Positions 45,210 to 57,084 of a stretch of 64,000 bases of DNA are shown here, in pieces. Made by a program: the position numbers and the translations under genes. A model generated the notes under the pieces. That model was not told the DNA's origin. It saw only the letters and a program-made list of their open reading frames with translations, and made no database searches. The stretch is taken from assembly GCA_964016885.1 (NCBI GenBank), contig CAXHJY010000133.1:124001-188000 (forward strand), written 5' to 3'. Origin of the DNA: Eledone cirrhosa (lineage: Eukaryota). How positions within the stretch are numbered: position 1 is the stretch's first letter; the number at the start of each line of letters is the position of its first letter.

Positions 45210-46766
45210 TAGAGAGAGAGAGGAGGGAGAAAGAGAGGGTGTGAGAGAAGGAATATAGATATATTAGAGACAAGACCAGAGTTGTAACCATAGTAACTGA
45301 ACGAGGTCAACCATATATTTACCACACGAGACTAAACTGCAAGGAAATATATATCACTGTATAAAACAATATATACTGTATATACAGTATATATGATGAT
45401 ATATATAGTGTCCCCACCAAAAATGTATACACAATTCAACAGTATTCTAATAAATATATGTATACATTTTGGGGGAGACTGTATGTGTATATATATATAT
45501 ATATAGTATTACTTAATTAGAAAGTGAACACAATATATAACTCCTCCATTACCAAAGGTTTCAGGACTCTAGACAATATCAACAGACGTCTAGATCGATC
45601 GTTCATCAGACAGATATTATGAAATGAAAATACGAAATGAGATCTAGACGTATGTTAATATTGTTTAGGGTCCTGAATCCTTTCGTAATGGAGTAGTTAT
45701 ATATTGTGTTGTTCACTTTCTAATTAAATAGCTCTGTTTTATACTTAGAGCACTCTTTTTTCCTTTGCTTTTTCTTTGAAAATACTTAATATATATATAT
45801 ATATAAAATTGTTTCTACTTTTGGAACGAGGCCATCAATTACCCAGTGTATTACTGGTACTTTATTTTATCGACCCCGTAAGGATAAAAGACAAAGTTAA
45901 GTATATAGGTGGTGTTATTATGTTATATAGATAGAGAGAGAGAGGAGGGAGAAAGAGAGGGTGTGAGAGAAGGAATATAGATTAACGAGGTTAACTTTGC
46001 CTTTCATCCTTACGGGGTCGATAAAATAAAGTACCAGTAATACACTGGGATAATTACTGGCCTTGTGCCAAAAGTAGAAACAGTTATTATGTTATATATG
46101 GCGCGAGCCAATATTGTCCCGAAAGTTATCAAAGTCATATATATATAAATATTTGTTTCTACTTTTGGCACAAGGCCAGCAATTATTTCAGTGTATTACT
46201 GGTACTTTATTTTATCGACCCCGTAAGGATGAAAAGCAAAGTTAACCTCGGCGGGATTTGAACTCAGTCCGTAAAGGGACGTAACTGTGCTGCAAAGCAT
46301 GGCGTCCGACCCTCTACCGATACTGCCAATCCCCCGCCCATATATATATAAATATTAAACAGAAATAAGAACGCAAACGACACATTACAATGAACACACG
46401 CACACACACACAAACACATACATACATACAGTACACACACACATAAGTAATTGTCTGCTGAAACAATTGTTTCTACTATTGGCACAAGACCAGCAATTAC
46501 CTCAGTGTATTACTGGTACTTTATTTTATCGACCCCCCCCCCCCGTAAGGATGAAAGGCAAAGTTAACCTCGGCGGGATTTGAACCCAGAGCGTAAAGAG
46601 CCATAACTCTGACGCTCTACCGATACTGACAATCAACCACGCTTCTAATATAATTGGTTTTACTTTTGGCACAAGGCCAGCAATTTTTCTAGTTTATTAC
46701 TGGTACTTTATTTTATCGACCCCGTAATGCAATGTAGAGAGAGAGAGAGGGAGAGAGAGAAAAGAT

Positions 46767-46800
<34 letters not shown>

Positions 46801-46884
46801 CAGAGGGAGCAAATGGCGGCCCACGCGCTGGCAGGGGCGTTCCTACGGCTAACCAAGAGTTAGGCACGTGCATGGAACGACTAA

Positions 46885-47146
46885 AGGGACATAACTGGTG
46901 TTGGCTTTCTTCGCAATGTGATAAGATTTAATTCCCTTTGACTCATAAATTGTTCTGATTTAGCTAACATTTTATTTCAGTAATAGCGTGTGATTCTATA
47001 TTAATTTAAGGAACGATTAACGGGACATAACTGGTGCTGGCTTGCTTCGCAATGTGATAAGATTTAATTCCCGTTGACTCATAAATTGTTCTGATTTAGC
47101 TAACATTTTATTTCAGTAATAACGTGTGATTCTATATAAATTTAAT
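46885..47146. repeat. Tandem duplication of ~135 bp
   Basis: gggacataactggtg...gtgtgattctatat occurs twice. Confidence 0.85.
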
Positions 47147-48075
47147 TTCTCACCAGAGTAACAAGGCTCACTCACCACTTAGCCATTAAATGAATAATTA
47201 AGTTCTACTTCAGTATTAAGTATTTCTTCTCACATATGTCTACAATACACGTATATATATATATATACATCGAGTACTCGATACTTTGGATAGTAGTGTA
47301 TGACTATATTAGAAAGAGTCGGGACCGACGGCTGAGCTCTTGCCGTTTCAACAGCTAGTTCCAGAGTGTGTATGTAACTAGGTATTGAAACAGCTATATA
47401 TATATATAAATGGCTTCTACGGGACTAGAACTGTTTCATTCGGAGGAAATCATCAGGAAAGCAGGTATATATATATAAATTATTTATTAAAATAACAGAT
47501 TAAAGTTTAAGAAAAGAATCGCTGCTCTCACCCTTAATTACGGTTCTTATATATTTGATATATATTTTTCCTTATCGAGCCCTCTTTGGATTTTAGTCTT
47601 CAAATTTATTATTATTACTATATATATATACACATATATTGCTTTTGACAACAGCTGGTGATATGCATGTAAGTAAATATTCTCCTTATTTGATATTTTG
47701 TAACTAACCTTACATAGACCGATAACGAGGTATAGTTACGATGTATTATCATCACCTAGAAACGATCGTAAAGCAGTGAAGTATATTTCTAATGACTTGA
47801 TTTTTTATTTCGTTGTTTTAACACACACATATATATTTGTGTGTGTGTGTATGTGAGCGTATAAGCCAAAATAAAACAGTTTTTAATCAGGTATAAGCGC
47901 TAATATATTACATCATTTATATATGTTCGTACACGGAACATATATATTATCAGCATCATTTAACGTCTATCGTACGTCTATTTTTCCACGCTGGCATGGG
48001 TCACACAAGTTATGAGGCAAGTCATGTCTGTCCAGATACGATGTTTTGCTCATACGTGCGTGCGTGCGCGCGTGG

Positions 48076-48150
<75 letters not shown>

Positions 48151-48360
48151 GTAAACAGAAATAACAACACAATCGGTACAGTATATGAAAGGGAGATATT
48201 AGGTTAATGCTTGATATAGCAGGAAGAGGGTCATATATATATATAGAAACGAGTAGGACCCCGACGGCTGAGCTCAAGCCGTTTCGACGGCTAATTCTGG
48301 ACTAGTATTGAGTACTTTGGTGCGTTATGGTCCACCTGGTTCCTTACCACATTTCCTTCG

Positions 48361-48415
<55 letters not shown>

Positions 48416-48589
48416 AAAGTTAAACAAGGTTCAATGAATACATCAAAGAATGAGAATCTTAACCATCTACTATGTCAGGGTATGTCATGCATCATCTTAT
48501 TTTATCTGATGAGGACGTACTGTTGAACTTAACTCAGTACCTCTGAAATATGTATAATAAAATATACTTGATCACAAGAATATCTATTG

Positions 48590-49197
48590 AGAACATAACT
48601 CATGGTGTCTGACGTTCTACTGATACTGCCAATCTACCAAATATAATAATAATCAAAATGTTTGTGTACAGTACTCAGGTGCACTACACCTCATCAAATG
48701 TGCTTGTATAGTACATAGAATAATTGTTTCTACTTTTGGCACAAGGCCAGCAATTACACAGTGCATTACTGGTATTTTATTTTATCAACTCCGTAAGGAT
48801 TTGAACTCAGAATGGCAAGGGCCGTAACTCTATGCTCAAAGCATGGTGTCCGACCCTCTACCGATACTGCCACACTCTATGTAATAATAATTGTTTCTAC
48901 TTTTGGCACAAGGTCAGCAATTATCCCAATGCATTACTGATACTTTATTTTATCGACCCCGTAAGGATGAAAGGCAAAGTTAACCTCGGCGAGATTTGAA
49001 CTCAGAACGTAAAGGGCCATAACTCTATGCTGTAAAGCATGGTGTCTGACGCTCTTAATAATAACTGTTTCTAGTTTTGGCACAAGGCCAGCAAATACCC
49101 AGTACATTACTGGTACTTTATTTTATCGACCCCGTATGGATGAAAGACAAAATCAACCTCGGCGGGATTTGAACTCAGATAGTAAAGGGACGTAATA
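48590..49197 (-). mobile_element. SINE cluster (3-4 copies)
   Basis: Same family, with (AAT)n spacers. Confidence 0.82.
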
Positions 49198-49499
49198 ATA
49201 ATAAGTCAAAATTATTGTGTACAGAGCTCAGGTGCACTACAACACATCAAAGGTGCATGTATAGTACATAGAATAATGTACAGATGTCAGGAAAGTGAAC
49301 AGTGATTGAGTCATGATATACACACAGATACATGTGAGCGTGTGTATGGAGGGGGAATATCAGGTACAGAGTAGAGAAGGCCCAGTGATGGTTAGGTGAA
49401 AATATTCCTTACCTGAGATGGAACCTGGTGTTCTAACATCTCTTTATCCTGGTAGTTATAATAATTACTGTGTCTGTAGAGGGTGGGAAGGTGGCTGTG

Positions 49500-50450
49500 G
49501 CAGTGGTGGTGGTGTGTTTACAATATGTAAAGGACATGTTTACTGTGTCTATAGAGGGCTGGAGAGGATGGGAAGGTGGCTGTGGGGGTGGTTCTGATGG
49601 TGGTTGATGTTGGTGTTGGTGATGGTGGTGGTGGTGGTTGGTTTTGGTGGTGACTGTGTGGGTGTTGGTGGTGATGGTGGTGGTGGTGTTGGTGTTTGAT
49701 GTTGGAGGTGGTGGTAGTGGTGTTGGTGATTGATGTTGGTGGTGATGGTGGTGGTGGTGTTGGTGATGGTGGGGATGGTGGTTGATGATGGTGGTGGTGG
49801 TGGTGGTGGTGTTTGATGTTGATGGTGACTGTGTTGGTGTTGGTGGGTGGTGGTGTTTGATGTTGGAGGTGGTGGTAGTGGTGATGGTGATTGATGTTGG
49901 TGGTGATGGTGGTGGTGTTGGTGATGGTTGATGTTGGTGATGGTGGTGGGTGGTGGTGTTGGTGGTGACTGCGTTGGTGGTTGATGTTGGTGACAGTGAT
50001 GGTGGTAATAGTGTTGGTGGGGATGGTGGTTGATGATGATGGTGGTGTTGGTGGGGATGGTGGTTGATGATGGTGGTGTTGTGTTGGTGATGATGGTGAT
50101 TGATGTTGGTGGTGATGGTGGTGGTGTTGGTGATGGTTGGTGTTGGTGATGGTTGATGTTGGTGATGGTGGTGGTGTTGTTGGTGGTGACTGTGTTGATG
50201 GTTGATGTTGGTGACAGTGATGGTGGTAGTAGTGTTGGTGGTGGATGATGATGGTGGTGTTGGTGGGGATGGTGGTTGATGATGGTGGTGGTGGTGTTGG
50301 TGGTGACTGTGTTAGTGGTTGATGTTGTTGTTGGAGGTGGTGGTGACTGTGTTAGTGGCGGTGATGGTGGTGGTGACTGTGTTAGTGGTTGATGTTGTTG
50401 GTGGTGGTGGTGGTGGTGTTGGTGGTGGTGGTGGTGTTGGTGGTAGTGTT
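49500..50450. repeat. (GGT/GAT)n low-complexity tract
   Basis: Read directly; a similar tract lies at 60830-61150. Confidence 0.85.
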
Positions 50451-51299
50451 TTTATATGTAAAGGATGTTTACAGTATCTATAGAGGGTTGGGAGATGGGA
50501 GGGTGGTGGTGGTGGAATAAGGTGTTGTATGTGTGTGTACTGTCTATGTGTGTGTCTGTGTGTGTTTTTGTGAATGTAGAGGTGTGTGTATATATATGTG
50601 TGTGTATATTTGTGTGTGTTGCCAGTATTAATATAAAGGAGTGGCTGAGACCTGGCTGTGACACTGACCACAGCTGGAGCTGACCACTTCCTGTTGGTGG
50701 TGGTAATGCTGTTGTTGGTGGTGGTGGTGGTGTTGGTAGTCTTGGTAGCAGTTTGTGGTGATTTTAGTGTAGGGGTGGTGTTGTTGTTGTTGGTAGTGGT
50801 GGATGTGTTGTTATTGTTGGTGGTGGTGGTGGTGGTATAATGGAATAGAGAGAGAGATGGACAGGGAGGGGAAGAGGTAGAAATAGTGAGGTCAGTGGGT
50901 GAGGGGAGTCAAAGGTGAAGGGCAGGATGTGTGGGATGAGAACAAAAGAAAGGAAGGAAGGAAAGAAAGAAAACATTACCACCAACCATCAGTTTGTTAT
51001 ATGTTGATCATCATCATCATCATCGTCACTGCATCTCCACCACCACCCTCACCATCACCACTACCACTACCATCAACATAATCCCTACTACTACTATCAT
51101 AATCTTCACATCACCTTTAACACAACCATCACCACTACTACCATCATCATTATCACTGTATCACCAAGACTAACATCATCACCACCACCACCACCACCAT
51201 CATCACCGCCACAACAGCCAATTTGACCATCTGGTCACCAACCCTGCTGTGAAAGGACAACTTTTGACCACTCTTTCATCATGTTTTAATATATACACT

Positions 51300-51351
<52 letters not shown>

Positions 51352-51571
51352 GTTATTCCGGGTTGAATCGGAGGTAACCACAGTAAGTAAGGTACTCAAT
51401 ACATTGCAGAGTATAAAAGTTTTAATATAGATGAGATTCTACAGGACTAGAACTGTTTCATTCTTTAGAAATCATCATCATAATTGGTGATTGGTGTTGT
51501 TGTTGTTGTTGTTGTTGGTGGTGGTGGTGACTCAATGTAATAACATCAGTTGTTCTACAGAGCAGTTATAT

Positions 51572-52249
51572 AGAATTCACAAGAATCAAAGCTATGTTCA
51601 AAGCATTTATTCACTTACAATTGTTTCATCCAAACCTAGGCTTGGAGTCTTCGGAGCATTTTTCAATGTTTGTACACATAATTGACTTCCTATCCAACGC
51701 AAGAGACATACAGATACATATATATATATATATTGATGTACAGTGGAGTGACATATATTATACTATACTATCTTTGTACAGCAATTCAAATTCAAAATCA
51801 AAATCAAAATTAAAATACATTCGACAGATAACACAGATAATGCAAGAGGATAGTTTGATAGTCAGATCTAGTAGGTAGTGTATGCGTTAGTTACACATGG
51901 AGCATGCAAGTGTGTCTCATTTATATACGCATACACTACCTACTAAATCTGACTATCAAACTAGCCTCTTGTATTATCTGTGTTATCTGCCGAATGTATT
52001 TTAATTTTGATTTTGATTTTGATTTTGATTTGGAATTTGAATTGCTGTACAAAGATAGTATAGTATAATATATGTCACTCCACTGTACATCAATATATAT
52101 ATATGTATCTGTATGTCTCTTGTGTTGGATAGGAGGTCAATTATATGTACAAACACTGAAAAATACTCCAAAGACTTCAAGCCTAGGTTTGGATGAAACA
52201 ATTGTAAGTGAATAAATGCTTTGAACATAGCTTTGATTCTTGTGAATTC
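51572..52249. repeat. Long fold-back inverted repeat (~320-bp arms)
   Basis: agaattcacaagaatcaaagctatg... mirrored at 51925-52249; a diverged relative lies at 61540-61720. Confidence 0.88.
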
Positions 52250-52641
52250 TCTCTCTCTCTCTATATATATATATATAAGTATGTATAATGTATACGTACA
52301 TACACATACATACAGTAGTATGTATATATATATACATACATGCACACATATATATATGTATGTATGGATTTACCGAATTGCATATCGAGTGAGTTAGTCG
52401 GCCGGGCACACCGAAAACGATAAATGGAAAAGAATGAAATGAAATTTCATTTCTCACCCTTAGTATGGCTGATACCTAAATATAACTATGTGTACAGACG
52501 CACAGTAGTATGTATATATACATACATGCACACATATATATATGTACTAAGAGTGAGAAATGAAATTTTGTTTCATTCTTTTCCATATATATATATATCA
52601 TCATCATCATCATCATCGATTAACATCCATCTTCCAAGCTA

Positions 52642-52688
<47 letters not shown>

Positions 52689-53036
52689 TATTTGAACTAC
52701 TGACAGAATACTTGAAAAAACTCTTTTTTTTTAATATTTAATATTTAATATTCAATATCTAGTAATTAATAATATTGTTATACCAGTTGAAACCTGTTAT
52801 ATTTAACGCAACAATTATAAAATTACTTATTCAGTCTGATTAAAGAAAAAATAATCTTTAAATATACTTATATGCACAATTTTAACTATATATATATATT
52901 GAAGTTATATATATATATATCATAAACTCTTTCTCATCATCATCATCATTATTTGTATACTAAAGTATTGAGTACTTCACTCACTGTAGCTACCCCCGAT
53001 TGAACCTGGGGTTCACACATATATTTCTATGTAGAA

Positions 53037-53096
<60 letters not shown>

Positions 53097-53363
53097 AATA
53101 TATATGTGTGAACCCCAGGTTCAATCGGGGGTAACCACAGTAAGTGAAGTACTCACTACATTAGTAGAGTATATACAAAATTTAATATAGAAATGGCTTC
53201 TATGGAACTAGAACTGTTTAATTCGATGCATTTCTATATACATGTTATATATACATAGATATTTAATATACATATATATATACTTTGAATTTATATATAC
53301 ATATTATATATATATATATATATATATATTTAATATATATAGATAGTTTGAATTTATATATAT

Positions 53364-53398
<35 letters not shown>

Positions 53399-53578
53399 AA
53401 TTTTATGTCCGCCTTTCCCTGTTTGCAAGGGTGGGACGGGGACTGATTCTGGCTTGATTTCTGGCCCAAAACCCCAAACCCTGAAAAGCCCTTACTTGAC
53501 ACTGACATCAACACACACCCGATCAAGGCCCAAAACCTGAAAAACCCTCACCATAACACTGAGACAAGAAATACTTAC

Positions 53579-53725
53579 TTCTGGAGAGTTGCGAGTGACA
53601 AAAGCATGACAGAACTGAACATTGATCTGTCCTTTTGGCTCTCTGGCAAGAAATGAGAACTGGCAATAGTCTGGGTCACATGTTGCAAAGGATATTCGTT
53701 TTAATGCATGGGCCATGTAGACACT
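53579..53725 (-). CDS. SH2D5: PTB-domain adaptor (SH2D5-like), exon C: SVYMAHALKRISFATCDPDYCQFSFLAREPKGQINVQFCHAFVTRNSPE
   Basis: tgcag acceptor and gtaagt donor; 147 nt, phase 0/0. Closely resembles the SH2D5 pattern MAHALRRI..CQFAFMARNP..FCHLFV. Confidence 0.9.
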
Positions 53726-53749
53726 CTGCAATGAGAACAATGATAGAGA

Positions 53750-54610
53750 TATAGAGGATGAATTGACCCTCCCCAGTACTTGACTGGTACTAGAGAAAAG
53801 AAGTGAGGAAGAGAGAAAGAGATATAGAGGAAGGGAGAGAAAGTGATATAGAGGAAGAATTGACCCCAGTATTTGACTGGTACTTGAGAGAGTAAGTGAG
53901 AAAGAGATATAGAGGAAGAGAAAGAAACAGATATAGAGGAAGAATTGACCCCAGTATTTGACTGGTATTTGAGAGAGTAAGTGAGAAAGAGATATAGAGG
54001 AAGAGAAAGAAACAGATATAGAGGAAGAATTGACCCCAGTATTTGACTGGTATTTGAGAGAGTAAGTGAGAAAGAGATATAGAGGAAGAGAAAGAAATAG
54101 ATATAGAGGAAGTATTGACCCAGTATTTGACTGGTATTTGAGAGAGTAAGTGAGAAAGAGATATAGAGGAAGAGAAAGAAACAGATATAGAGGAAGTATT
54201 GACCCTAGTATTTGACTGGTATTTGAGAGAGGACGTGAGAAAGAGATGTAGAGGAAGGGAGAGAAAGCGATATAGAGGAAGAATTGACCCCAGTATTTGA
54301 CTGGTATTTGAGAGAGGACATGAGAAAGAGATATAGAGGAAGAGAAAGAAACAGATATAGAGGAAGAATTGACTCCAGTATTTGACTGGTACTTGAGAGA
54401 GGACGTGAGAAAGAGATATAGAGGAAGAGAAAGAAAGAGATATAGAGGAAGTATTGACCCCAGTATTTGACTGGTACTTGAGAGAGTAAGTGAGAAAGAG
54501 ATATAGAGAAAGAGAAAGAAACAGATATAGAGGAAGAATTGACTCCAGTGGTTCACTGGTACTTGAGAGAGAGAATGAGAAAGAGATACAGAGGAAGATG
54601 GACCCCAGTG
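53750..54610. repeat. ~68-bp GA-rich tandem repeat, about 12 copies, filling intron B-C
   Basis: Unit gaattgaccccagtatttgactggta.ttgagagagtaagtgagaaagagatatagaggaagagaaagaaacagatatagagga. Confidence 0.9.
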
Positions 54611-54840
54611 TAGTACTTCATTTATCGACTTCAAAAAGACGAAAGGCCAAATTGACCTCGACAGGATTTGATCCAAGAGAGCACAGCAGGAAATCGTATT
54701 AAACACTGCAAAACATTCTATCCAACATTCTAACGACTCTGGTAATCCACCACCTAATTAATATTCCACACTTTTATTTTTTTTTTATTCCAATAAAAAA
54801 TGTACCACCAGATGTCACTATAAGTCTCTATACTACTTAC

Positions 54841-54915
54841 CTCCCCTTTACTACTGCACACTTTTACTCCAGACAATGAAATCACCAACAACACTTTGAT
54901 ACTCTTCACCACATC
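54841..54915 (-). CDS. SH2D5: PTB-domain adaptor (SH2D5-like), exon B: DVVKSIKVLLVISLSGVKVCSSKGE
   Basis: ttttctttgtttcag acceptor and GAG|gtaagt donor; 75 nt, phase 0/0; PTB 'ISxxGVKV' strands. Confidence 0.88.
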
Positions 54916-54959
54916 CTGAAACAAAGAAAAGACAAAATAAGGCATATTGTAATAGAGAC

Positions 54960-55152
54960 TAAATTACTCTATATTTACAATTTTATTTTCACAGAAATCT
55001 CACATAATATCGAATCTACAAGATTTTGTTCTTATTTATTTTGAGAACAATACCTTAATGTCGGTATGAATGGCTGGATATGACTGGTTTGAACAGAAAA
55101 AGGTGAGAGAGTTATAGCCAGATATGGCCGGTTTAAATGCTAAAGGGTTAAA
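54960..55152. mobile_element. piggyBac-type MITE, partial
   Basis: Reverse complement of the 14445-14665 family; ends TAAATGCTAAAGGG-TTAA. Confidence 0.7.
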
Positions 55153-55728
55153 CATCCAAATAGAGTTACGAAGTCATGACAAACTAGGGGATGTGTCAAG
55201 TACCCTTAAAAAAAATATATATATATATATATATAAGTTAAAACAATGAAATAAAAAATCAAGTCATTAGAAATATACTTCACTGCTTTATGATCGTTTC
55301 TAGGTGATGATAATACATCGTAACTATACTTCGATATCGATCTATGTAAGGTTAGTTACAAAATATCAGATAAAGAGAATATTTACTTACATGCATATCA
55401 CCAGCTGTTGTCAAAGCAATATATGTGAGTATATATATATGTTGTTTCCAAAGAAGACAGTCTGATCGAACCTATATATGAGGTCTGATAGTATAGAGTT
55501 ATATAACTGCTATAGATCAGACAATATGTCAATATGATCAACCCTCTGAAACAATCGTAAAACAATGATATGAATAGCTAAAATGACTTGACTTTGTTGT
55601 TTTTGTTTTCATTGTTAATTTAATACCTAATATATATATATAGTAATAATAATAAATTTGAAGACTAAAATCCAAAGAGGGCTCGATAAGGATAAATATA
55701 TATCAAATATATAAGAGCCGTAGAGCAA

Positions 55729-55881
55729 ATATTTATTAAAATAACAGATTAAAGTTTAAGCAAAGAATCGCTGCTTTCACCCTTAACGGGATCTTCTGAA
55801 ACTCAGAGTTTCAGAAGATCCCGTTAAGGGTGAAAGCAGCGATTCTTTGCTTAAACTTTAATCTGTTATTTTAATAAATAT
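55729..55881. repeat. Perfect palindrome, 76-bp arms, 1-nt spacer
   Basis: 55729-55804 is the exact reverse complement of 55806-55881. Confidence 0.95.
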
Positions 55882-56280
55882 ATATATATATCTTGCCCGT
55901 ATTCTAAAGCTTCGTCAATGCTGTACTAAAATTTATATATATATATATGAAAATAGACCGAGAAACAGGTATGTCCATCATCAGTAGTCTGCTGATTATC
56001 ATTGGTATTTCTTTGCATTAAAGACTAGATACCTAAAATCAGTGTGAGCGATAACTAAATTAAGTTATCGGGACAGAGGAAAGGAAACAAACAACATTGT
56101 AGTAATGCAACGTCCTGAATACTTAATTTAGTTATCGCTCACACTGATTTTAGGTATCTTGTCTTTAATGCGAAGAAATACCAATGATAATCAGCAGGCT
56201 ACTGATGATGGACATCCTGTTTCTCCGTCTATTTTCATTCATATGTTCATATTCGCAACAACGCAGCACGCCATTTTTTA

Positions 56281-56353
<73 letters not shown>

Positions 56354-57084
56354 ATATATATTACTAAAAAGGAATAAAGATGTCATGTTTGAGAAAATTT
56401 CAGACACTCTCCATATCACCTATCAAAAAAAAAAATTCTAAGGAATAAATCCGAGTCCTTATTATAAATTCAATTTTCTTTCTCACCAAACGATACAAAA
56501 TTGTCTATTGAACTTCACCATTTAATGGTGAAACATATTTCTGAAGCAATAATGGAATATGTACGAAAGAGATTATAAATAATTATTGAATGCCTGGTGT
56601 TTATATTTACTATTGTTGTTAAATTTAAATATGCCACCTTTTGTAATTATGTTTTACATTTTTTGCAAATTATCTCCTCTTAATGTTAGATATGTTTATA
56701 TATATGTCATTCATTTTTGAATTTATAGCTTCCTGATGATTTCTCATGAATGAAACAGTTCTAGTTCTGTAGCTCTTCTATATTAATATATATATATATA
56801 TATAAATATATATGTAAATGGCAGGTCCAACCCTTGCAAGCAGGGAAAAGCGGACATAAAATGATGATGGTGTGTATGTGTGTGTATCTCAGGTTCAATC
56901 GGGGGGGTAACCACAGTAAGTAAGGTACTCAATACATAGAAGAGTATAAATATTTAATATAGAAATGGCTTCTACAGGACTAGAACTGTTTCATTTGAAG
57001 GAAATCATCAGGGCTTTTCTGATGATTTCCTTCGAATGAAACAGTTCTAGTCCTGTAGAAGCCATTTCTATATTATATATATAT

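Noticed and set aside
50640-50692. Possible extra minus-strand exon after an aacag acceptor
   Set aside because: No convincing donor and no recognisable peptide.
53492-54706. 404-aa standalone membrane protein
   Set aside because: Only 53579-53725 is a spliced exon; the rest is tandem repeat and intron.
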